A stretch of DNA of 12,733 bases from Candidatus Scalinduaceae bacterium (GCA_046759445.1 JBHICG010000086.1:1-12733); one strand, 5' to 3'. Counted from the first letter of the stretch, positions 1 to 6,164 are shown. A program made the numbers and translations. Notes: generated from the letters alone by a model not told the origin.

Positions 1-65
1 GACAAGCACATGGCATACAGGAAAATGGTACAAGATTATTCTCGGGAAGAAAAAATGATATGACC

Positions 66-90
66 ATAATAGGGACAGCGCCTATTTTAT
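66..90 (+). repeat. Left inverted repeat of RAYT element, with internal hairpin
   Basis: AATAGG-gacagcg-CCTATT stem-loop (68-86); inverted copy at 788-812. Confidence 0.9.
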
Positions 91-92
91 TG

Positions 93-121
93 TTGACATT
101 TAGTGTCTTAAGTTGTAAATT
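93..121 (+). promoter_or_regulatory. Sigma70-type promoter of the RAYT gene (probably leaderless transcript)
   Basis: TTGACA (93-98), 17-nt spacer, TAAATT (116-121). The ATG at 128 lies where +1 is expected and there is no Shine-Dalgarno. Confidence 0.65.
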
Positions 122-127
122 TCTAGC

Positions 128-796
128 ATGCCACGATTAGCAAGAGTTGTCGCAAAGGGATATCCACATCACGTTACACAAAGAGGCAATTACAGACAGC
201 CTGTATTTGAGAAAGATGACGATTATGTTCAGTATCTTGAGTGGCTTAAGGATTACGGCAAAAAATACTCTTTGAACATATGGGCTTACTGCCTTATGAC
301 TAATCACATTCACCTTATATGTGTTCCGAAAAAGGAAGACTCTCTGCCACGTACTCTTAATATGCTTCATATGAGATATGCTCAATATATTAATCGAAGA
401 AAACAGGCACACGGTCATTTATGGCAGGGGAGATTTTACTCCTGCATCCTTGATGAAAGACATACGTATTCAGCAATCAGATACGTAGAAAATAATCCTG
501 TTCGAGCTGGTATAGTGAGAAAACCGCAAAGGTATAGGTGGTCGAGTGCAAGTAGTCATGTAGACAAGAAGATAGATCCTGTTTTATCTCAAGATTGTTA
601 TTTGGAAAAAGAAATAGAAGATTGGTTGGAATATTTAAGAGAAAAAGAAGATGAGCAAATCATAATGAACATAAGGAAGTGTTCAATGACGGGAAGACCT
701 TGCGGTAATGATAGTTTTATGAAAAAGTTTGAGAGATTGTTTGGTAGAAGGTTAAGGGCTTTACCATGGGGAAGGCCACGAAAGAGCATAAAATAG
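128..796 (+). CDS. rayT: REP-associated tyrosine transposase (RAYT / Y1_Tnp HUH nuclease, IS200/IS605 superfamily)
   Basis: 222 aa ORF with N-terminal MPRLAR..HHVTQRGN.RQPVF, HUH motif YCLMTNHIHL, GHLWQGRF, catalytic Tyr in YVENNPVRAG, YRWSS and a C-terminal GRPRK basic tail. Confidence 0.93.
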   Translation: MPRLARVVAKGYPHHVTQRGNYRQPVFEKDDDYVQYLEWLKDYGKKYSLNIWAYCLMTNHIHLICVPKKEDSLPRTLNMLHMRYAQYINRRKQAHGHLWQGRFYSCILDERHTYSAIRYVENNPVRAGIVRKPQRYRWSSASSHVDKKIDPVLSQDCYLEKEIEDWLEYLREKEDEQIIMNIRKCSMTGRPCGNDSFMKKFERLFGRRLRALPWGRPRKSIK

Positions 797-812
797 GCGC
801 TGTCCCTACTAT
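788..812 (-). repeat. Right inverted repeat of RAYT element
   Basis: ATAAAATAGGCGCTGTCCCTACTAT, reverse complement of 66-90 with one mismatch. Confidence 0.9.
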
Positions 813-1114
813 TCTTTAATGGTGTCAGAGATCGTGAGGGTATTGATAAAGGAATGATATTCACAAGCTCTCAGTTTAGTACAACAGCAAAAAAGAATTA
901 CCATGCTGAGAGCAAAAAAATTGCATTAATTGACTATGATAAATTGTGCATTTTACTCTCGCGTTGTTCAAAACAGTGGGTTCGAACAGCATCAGATATA
1001 TGGATAAGCCCGTCAAATACCATGGTTGACAAGCAAGGAAATTCAAAATCGGCTTTAAGCAATTCGGCTAACAAGGCTAATTCAGCCGACGCTAAAAGAC
1101 GCGCGGCTGATTAG
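813..1114 (+). pseudogene. 5'-truncated Mrr-like (type IV) restriction endonuclease cassette gene, C-terminal part
   Basis: The frame of ORF 854..1114 is open back to the RAYT repeat and reads FNGVRDREGIDKGMIFTSSQFSTTAKK...KKIALIDYDKLCILL, resembling the Mrr catalytic-domain tail (DKGIFxTTSxFT..A...I.LIDG..L). The catalytic D..QxK part is missing. The stop codon falls inside attC, as is common for cassette genes. Confidence 0.72.
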
Positions 1115-1125
1115 CGGCGTTATGT
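1066..1125 (+). other. Integron attC recombination site (60 bp)
   Basis: R'' GGCTAAC (1066-1072) and R' GTTATGT (1119-1125). Inner arms CTAA[T]TCAGCCG[A]CGC and GCGCGGCTGATTAG pair with two extrahelical bases. Base composition switches to GC-rich right after the G|TT crossover. Confidence 0.9.
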
Positions 1126-1260
1126 GGAGATGTGAGTGTCAGGAGCAGGGCTGAAGGGTGCTGAGAGTGGATTGTGCGAGTCCAGAATCCGGATAAAACC
1201 GTCAGGTTTCCTGGCCCGGAAAAGCTCCGCTCTGGCCTCTTTGGTCGAAGGAGGACGAAA

Positions 1261-2430
1261 ATGATTCAGCTTGACGGAAAAGAGCACCGGATCGGCCTGG
1301 CTCTGTCGGGTGGCGGCTTCCGGGCCTCGATCTTTCACATGGGCGTGATGCGCCGGCTCCAAGAGCTTGGGATCCTGAACAAGATCGACGTTATCTCCAC
1401 GGTCTCGGGCGGATCCATAGTCGGTGCTTACTACGTCTTAAAAAAGCCGAACTGGGGAGACATCCTGGGGGTCGAGGAAGGATTCAAGAAAGGCCTGCAA
1501 GCCAACATTCGCCTCAGGGGTCTGACCGGTGCTGTGATTTTTCGTCCCATTGGCTTTGCGAAGAGCCTCCTGCCGGGACCGACTCGAACGAATGTCGTGG
1601 CAGGTGAGTTCGACAAGCACTTCTTCCACGGCGCAACGCTGGATCAGCTCCCAGAGACTCCCAAGCTCGTGATAAATGCCACCAGTCTGAACACTGGGGC
1701 GGTCTGGAGGTTCAGCAAGGAGCGGATGGGCGACTGGAAGTTCGGCTACGGACCGGCGGGTGAGTTTCCAGTGAAGGACGCTGTTGGGGCCTCGGCAGCC
1801 GTGCCGGGTCTGTTCGCCCCTCTGGTGCTGGCGCGGAAAGACCTGGGCAAGATGGAGGTGAGTCCCGAATTCGGGCATCACAGGCGCGTCAATCTGTCGG
1901 ACGGGGGAGTGCGCGACAATCAGGGTCTCACCAACCTGTTCTTCGAAGACATCTGCGATTACATCATCTGCAGCGACGCGTCCGGTCTGATCGAAGCCGA
2001 TCCTAAGCCATCCAAGTTGGCCGTACAGGTCCTTTTGCGCTCGAACAACATCACCATGGATGCCGCTAGAGACTGGATCGTCCAGATGCTATACCTGCGG
2101 AAGCAGTCCGGCAAGATTCGTCAGATGGCCTTTTTCGACTTGAAGGACGAGGTGCAGAAAGGGGCTCCAGGGCTTCCCCATGAGCTCGTCAACACCGTGG
2201 CTAACATACGGACCGATCTCGACTACTTCGACAAAAACGAGATCTTTGTATTGAAGTACCACGGGTACACTTTGGCAGACGACCGGATCCGGCGATACGC
2301 CGAAGAGCTCATACAGACGGAAGACGTGGAGATGAAATGGCGGGAAGAGTTTCCACCCGAGACAATCACGGCGCTCAAGCACGTCCTCCGAAAGGCCCAC
2401 AAGCGGCGACTACGGCCGCACAGATTCTGA
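1261..2430 (+). CDS. Patatin-like phospholipase (gene cassette), 389 aa
   Basis: GLALSGGGFRA oxyanion loop, STVSGGS nucleophile elbow and LSDGGVRDN catalytic Asp. AGGAGG RBS at about 1249-1254 favours ATG 1261 over the GTG at 1174. Confidence 0.92.
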   Translation: MIQLDGKEHRIGLALSGGGFRASIFHMGVMRRLQELGILNKIDVISTVSGGSIVGAYYVLKKPNWGDILGVEEGFKKGLQANIRLRGLTGAVIFRPIGFAKSLLPGPTRTNVVAGEFDKHFFHGATLDQLPETPKLVINATSLNTGAVWRFSKERMGDWKFGYGPAGEFPVKDAVGASAAVPGLFAPLVLARKDLGKMEVSPEFGHHRRVNLSDGGVRDNQGLTNLFFEDICDYIICSDASGLIEADPKPSKLAVQVLLRSNNITMDAARDWIVQMLYLRKQSGKIRQMAFFDLKDEVQKGAPGLPHELVNTVANIRTDLDYFDKNEIFVLKYHGYTLADDRIRRYAEELIQTEDVEMKWREEFPPETITALKHVLRKAHKRRLRPHRF

Positions 2431-2447
2431 TCCATGGCGTGTTTAAG

Positions 2448-2466
2448 ATAATAGGGACATTTTATT
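2448..2466 (+). repeat. Degenerate third copy of the RAYT end motif
   Basis: ATAATAGGGACA (2448-2459) is identical to 66-77 and is followed by TTTTATT, equal to the left repeat with GCGCCTA deleted. It sits at the GC-rich to AT-rich junction. Confidence 0.6.
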
Positions 2467-2492
2467 AAATAAACGCAGTAACTAATTAAATT

Positions 2493-2578
2493 TTCTAACA
2501 TAAAAATTAAGCTCAACCGAATAAGGCCGGATTAAAAATCAACAATCTGGTGGCGGTCAGCTTATAAAATCGTTAGCT
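2493..2578 (+). other. Integron attC recombination site (86 bp)
   Basis: R'' TTCTAAC (2493-2499) and R' GTTAGCT (2572-2578). Inner arms TAAGCT..ACCG / CGGT.AGCTTA and a distal stem CCGGATT / AATCTGG. Confidence 0.78.
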
Positions 2579-2611
2579 GGTATAAAATAAAAACTGACAA
2601 CAAATGAAGGT

Positions 2612-3187
2612 ATGGGTAAAAGTAAACAAGCGATAGCAAGTCAATCACGCAATTATAAAGAATGGTACAAGAAAAATAGCTGGGTTTTAAAGCTACTGGG
2701 CCTGTCATGGAATGAGGCCTCATTCCAGCGGGTAAATGTGGATGGGATCGTTGCAGATATTTAATCCTTTAAAAACAGTGCTAAAAAGTTTATGGCAGTT
2801 ACACTAATTGTACTCGCGCTCCTTTGTTTAACTCATTCATTTCTATTCTTTAGTACAACAAGAATTTATAATCTTATATCAATATATTTCGGTTTGATTG
2901 GTTCTTTTCTTGCCTCTTATGGTTTTATTCTCGGTCTCAAGAGAACAAAACCTAAGCATCAAGCCAATACTATTTGGATGCCTAATATTCCAAATCGTAT
3001 TGAAGAATACCCCCGCTATTGTGAAAAAATGAATGAGATCGTTGCTAATATTATTAACTCTGGCGCTAATGAAAAATTTGGCCAATTAAAGCTTGAACTC
3101 AGGAGGCAGTTTTCCTTGGTAATTGGTTTTGGCCTGCTTGTCATTAGCTTTTGCATTCAGATTGTTTTAGAATTTGTGGGGCGTTAA
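2612..3187 (+). pseudogene. Hypothetical multi-pass membrane protein cassette gene with one in-frame TAA (2762-2764); the downstream part is ORF 2792..3187
   Basis: ATG 2612 is in frame with ORF 2792..3187: 50 sense codons, TAA, then SFKNSAKKF-MAVTLIV. There are three hydrophobic segments, and the gene begins just after attC as cassette genes do. Confidence 0.55.
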
Positions 3188-3200
3188 TATAATGTAATCA

Positions 3201-3237
3201 GATAAAGGTGGATTCGCTATCGCTTAATCCACCCTAC
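3201..3237 (-). repeat. GTAG-type REP palindrome (single copy)
   Basis: Minus strand GTAG-GGTGGATTaaGCGATAGCGAATCCACC-TTTATC; 36/37 identical to 12444-12480. Confidence 0.88.
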
Positions 3238-3251
3238 GAAGATCTATAGAT

Positions 3252-3359
3252 TCTTGTGTCTTGCATCTGGCATCATGTTTTTGCTTCTTATTTATACCCT
3301 GATCTCCTGTAAATCCTGTCTAAAGAGGTTTGCTCTAAGGAAGGCAGGAATGCAGGAAA
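3252..3359. repeat. Cluster of short degenerate tandem repeats (7-mers, CCTG 8/9-mers, AGGAA 8-mers)
   Basis: TCTTGTG/TCTTGCA/TCTGGCA/TCATGTT at 3252-3279; CCTG at 3298, 3306, 3315; AGGAA at 3338, 3346, 3354. Confidence 0.5.
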
Positions 3360-3383
3360 TAATTGGTGGGCATTGGATTAATT

Positions 3384-3623
3384 TTATCCTTTTTCATATG
3401 CTTTCAAAAAATCATTCCGTGAAACACCGGCTTGGGTACAGATAGTTCTCAATGTGGAACTTTTAAGTCGATTATGATTAGGCATAGTCAGAGGAGTTTT
3501 TGTGCCATCCGTGTTTGTTCTAATCATAGCTATATGTTCTCGTTCCTGAACTAATTGAAAGCCGAGTAATTTTAATGCCTTGATTACTTTTGATTTGGGA
3601 GCATCTACTGGAAACTTAGACAT
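3384..3623 (-). CDS. hicA: HicA-family mRNA interferase toxin (type II TA)
   Basis: 79 aa basic protein: KVIKALKLLGF..VQEREHIAM...LTMPNHNRLKSSTLRTICTQAG. ATG overlaps the hicB stop (TGATG). Confidence 0.85.
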   Translation of the reverse strand: MSKFPVDAPKSKVIKALKLLGFQLVQEREHIAMIRTNTDGTKTPLTMPNHNRLKSSTLRTICTQAGVSRNDFLKAYEKG

Positions 3624-3850
3624 CAAACGGAAACACCTGTTTCTGCTACGAATGCTTCTAATATTTGCTCATCTACCTCAAAAACATCATTTCCAAATGT
3701 ATCAATATGAAATTTAATAGCAGATTTCACGTTTGTCAGTACTTCCTCATATGTATCACCTTCGCTAACTACAACACCTTTTAATCCAAGTGGGTAAGCA
3801 ACATAGCCATCAGGATGTTTTTCAACTATAACTTTAAATTGTTGATCCAC
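3623..3850 (-). CDS. hicB: HicB-family antitoxin, short form without DNA-binding domain
   Basis: 75 aa acidic protein: FKVIVEKHPDGYVAYPLGLKGVVVSEGDTYEEVLTNVKSAI (HicB partial RNase H fold). GTG start with AGGAGAG RBS. Confidence 0.88.
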   Translation of the reverse strand: MDQQFKVIVEKHPDGYVAYPLGLKGVVVSEGDTYEEVLTNVKSAIKFHIDTFGNDVFEVDEQILEAFVAETGVSV

Positions 3851-3949
3851 TAAGCTCTCTCCTTTTTAAATCCTTAAACTGATTAATGAGTAGCTGAATA
3901 TCTTGATTGTTTACTACTACATCGATACTATCGTGTATAACTTAAATAA

Positions 3950-3978
3950 ATAGTATATTTATCAAGATTTAGTGTCAA
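3950..3978 (-). promoter_or_regulatory. Sigma70-type promoter for hicBA
   Basis: Minus strand TTGACA (3978-3973), 17 nt, TACTAT (3955-3950). Confidence 0.65.
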
Positions 3979-4083
3979 GAACAAACATTTTACAAGCTGG
4001 TTCAATCTTGCCAGCCTGTACCTATTCAGGTAGGCCAGTAACCAGCAAGAATTCTGTCAATCACGCAACGTTAAGGTTGCGGC

Positions 4084-4377
4084 TACCTGTCCAATTACCA
4101 GGCAGTGTCACACGTCATCCCACCCCCATAGCCCCGCATCTTGCTTTCAGCAAGAAAGCAGCGGGGCCATGGGGGTCGGGATCTCTTAAGTTGCTAAGTT
4201 ATTGAAATCATTAGATTCTGAAATCGGAGATCCTGAATTAAACTCAGGATCTGGTTCAGGTGTGATTCTACTCGACGAGTAAAATCACCTAAGCAATTCT
4301 GCTGTTGCGAAATTGCCAATGACGTATTATGTGTTTTCTCTATTGTGACACGGCCTGATACGTCGTTCGGGCGGGTA
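4084..4377. mobile_element. Non-coding nested palindromic element (MITE-like shell around a CGTC-type REP doublet)
   Basis: Inverted repeats CAGGCAGTGTCACA (4099-4112) / TGTGACACGGCCTG (4344-4357), 13/14 match. Inside: CGTCAT (4113) ... ATGACG (4319-4324) with hairpins at 4117-4182, 4228-4252, 4262-4288 and 4293-4316. Outer imperfect pair TACCTGTCC (4084-4092) / GGGCGGGTA (4369-4377). Confidence 0.7.
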
Positions 4378-4389
4378 TAAATCACTCAC

Positions 4390-5274
4390 TTAATTTATCT
4401 CTTCCACCAGGAAGCCATACAAATCTCCGAATCCAATAACGTCTTTTGCCACATATCCAACCGGTATTAAATCCTCCGTAAATAATATGATGAGTTTGCC
4501 TTCCTTTGAGTCAAGGACTTCAGGATCCAATGCTACATCCACTACATATTTTATATCAGGAACAATATCTTGCCATTTGGATAGCTCATCCGAATCCTCA
4601 GCAGAACGGACTTTAGCGCTAAAGTTTGGAGATTTATCTTTATACACAGTGGTAATATTGAAACTGGCGCCTTCTTTTACCTCACCGTATATTTCATTAC
4701 GGAAATTGTAAGTCACTGATATCACATCATCGCACCCTTTGGGTTCCAGTTTAAGGCTTCCTTCTTTATGAATCAAACCCTTTCTCCAGGTTTTATAATT
4801 ACATATATTATTCTCGTAATCGTAGTCAGTAATCATAATCCGCTCTTTTTTCCTCTTAACCTTTTTCTCATAAGAATTGACTGGCTTAAGTCTGTTAGTA
4901 ATATCGTCTATTATCATTGTTGTTCTATAGATGTTGTGTCTATGAATAATCTTATCGAGGAATCCTGCCGTATGCGCGTCAATCGTTACAACCAGGTCAT
5001 CACCGTTTTTTTCACATTTAAATATGGCAGTCCCCACCTTTTTGAAAAGCCAGAAGCCAATATTATACTTAAGAAACTCTCCTTCAAATTTTGTTGGATC
5101 ATTTCTACTACCCTTCTTGCCACCAGAAGCAAAAACCGGTGAGGTTATTACGTTTGTTTCATGTTCTTTTATTTCAGAATATATGTCTCCAACATTAAAC
5201 ATAGTCACGAACAATATGCAGAAAATGGCATTCGCAAAAAAATGTCCTGACAATATTGTCTTAACCTTATACAT
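4390..5274 (-). CDS. Exported protein, DUF3108-like
   Basis: 294 aa with N-terminal hydrophobic segment and beta-rich body with the pattern GEFLKYNIGFWLFKKVGTA...DDVISVTYNFR. Its start directly abuts the stop of the upstream glycosyltransferase. Confidence 0.7.
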   Translation of the reverse strand: MYKVKTILSGHFFANAIFCILFVTMFNVGDIYSEIKEHETNVITSPVFASGGKKGSRNDPTKFEGEFLKYNIGFWLFKKVGTAIFKCEKNGDDLVVTIDAHTAGFLDKIIHRHNIYRTTMIIDDITNRLKPVNSYEKKVKRKKERIMITDYDYENNICNYKTWRKGLIHKEGSLKLEPKGCDDVISVTYNFRNEIYGEVKEGASFNITTVYKDKSPNFSAKVRSAEDSDELSKWQDIVPDIKYVVDVALDPEVLDSKEGKLIILFTEDLIPVGYVAKDVIGFGDLYGFLVEEIN

Positions 5275-5940
5275 TCAGATTTTCAAAAACCGTATGGTTT
5301 TATCAGGGATGTCCCCAATACCACTAAGTTTCATTGCCAGAAGGTGTGATCTTAAAAATTCCAAATCTTCCGAGGTATCAACGTCATACCAGGGAGGAAG
5401 GACAAACAATTTCTTGTTTATGGATTTCATTCTCTTTATGGTCTGGTCAAATACACTCGATGTACTCCATTTGATACCATTAAAAATAGCGTCATCAAGC
5501 TCTGAAAGACCAATGAGATAATATCCCCCATCAAACGTTGGCCCAATTACAATTGGAACTTTTTTTAAAACATTAAATGCTTTCTCGATATAAGATATTG
5601 GAAGAGTAGGACTATCTGAACCTACTATAACTACTCTTTTTAACCCCTTAGCAAAAGATTGCTTAAAGGCGTTTTTCATCCTTTCGCCCAGATTTCGCCC
5701 TTTCTGAGGCATAAAACCCACAGACCTTCCAACTATTTTGCGAAGTGACTTTTCTGCATTACCAAGCGTATATGCAATAGTTATTCTTCTGCAATTCAGT
5801 TTACATATGCTATTTGCAATATCAACAATAAATGCCTTATACAACTCCGCTGCCTCAACAGGGGTAATACTGGGAACGAGTCTTGTTTTGACCTTACCCG
5901 GGATTGGATTTTTTGCAAACATTACTAGACTTGTGCTCAT
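5275..5940 (-). CDS. DUF2064 / TIGR04282-type glycosyltransferase (CofC-like nucleotide-diphospho-sugar transferase fold)
   Basis: LVMFAKNPIPGKVKTRL, QKGRNLGERM, VIVGSDSPTLP, GPTFDGGYYLIG and WYDVDT motifs. Confidence 0.9.
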   Translation of the reverse strand: MSTSLVMFAKNPIPGKVKTRLVPSITPVEAAELYKAFIVDIANSICKLNCRRITIAYTLGNAEKSLRKIVGRSVGFMPQKGRNLGERMKNAFKQSFAKGLKRVVIVGSDSPTLPISYIEKAFNVLKKVPIVIGPTFDGGYYLIGLSELDDAIFNGIKWSTSSVFDQTIKRMKSINKKLFVLPPWYDVDTSEDLEFLRSHLLAMKLSGIGDIPDKTIRFLKI

Positions 5941-6049
5941 GTTTGATACAACTACAAATTCTACATATACCTTAGATTCATGTATCTGTTTAAATTCATT
6001 CTAACAGTTAATAATTCAAAAATGGCTTTAATCCTATATCTTGCTTAGC

Positions 6050-6087
6050 AAAAAATAAGGCAGAAGATATTTGCTCTCTCCTGCCTT
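6050..6087 (-). terminator. Intrinsic terminator of the sigma/anti-sigma/lipoprotein operon
   Basis: Minus strand AAGGCAGGAGA-loop-TCTTCTGCCTT followed by ATTTTTT, about 80 nt after the lipoprotein stop. Confidence 0.7.
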
Positions 6088-6164
6088 GCCTGATCAGAAT
6101 AAAGAGTTTACATATGTTTCCTCTAAATAGTACGGAATCTTTATGCAACACCAATCATAACAGT

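Larger units (their letters stand above)
66..812 (+). mobile_element. RAYT element delimited by 25-bp inverted repeats
   Basis: 66-90 ATAATAGGGACAGCGCCTATTTTAT matches the reverse complement of 788-812 (ATAGTAGGGACAGCGCCTATTTTAT) at 24/25; the 21-bp core (70-90/788-808) is perfect. The transposase stop codon lies inside the right repeat. No target duplication is visible. Confidence 0.85.

Noticed and set aside
137..864. Minus-strand ORFs 137..418 and 598..864
   Set aside because: Antisense shadows of the RAYT gene with no recognisable motifs.
1174..1260. 29-aa N-terminal extension of patatin from GTG 1174
   Set aside because: A strong AGGAGG precedes ATG 1261 and the patatin domain starts right after it.
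1261..2430. CBASS (CapV) system call
   Set aside because: No CD-NTase or ancillary cap genes in the window; a patatin alone is insufficient.
1120..2516. Minus-strand ORFs overlapping the patatin gene (1120..1362, 1431..1616, 1438..1881, 2089..2400, 2223..2516)
   Set aside because: Expected by-products of a GC-rich coding strand; no motifs.
3254..3445. 63-aa + strand ORF
   Set aside because: Runs through short repeats and overlaps hicA antisense.
98..3976. Shared 10-mer ATTTAGTGTC in the RAYT (98-107) and hicBA (3967-3976) promoter spacers
   Set aside because: Short, AT-rich and in opposite orientation relative to the two promoters; compatible with chance.
3972..4385. ORFs 3972..4205 (+) and 4194..4385 (-)
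   Set aside because: They cross the palindromic repeat element and lack an RBS and protein-like features.
4487..6004. + strand ORFs 4487..4711, 4768..5142, 5024..5521, 5738..6004
   Set aside because: Antisense to well-supported minus-strand genes.
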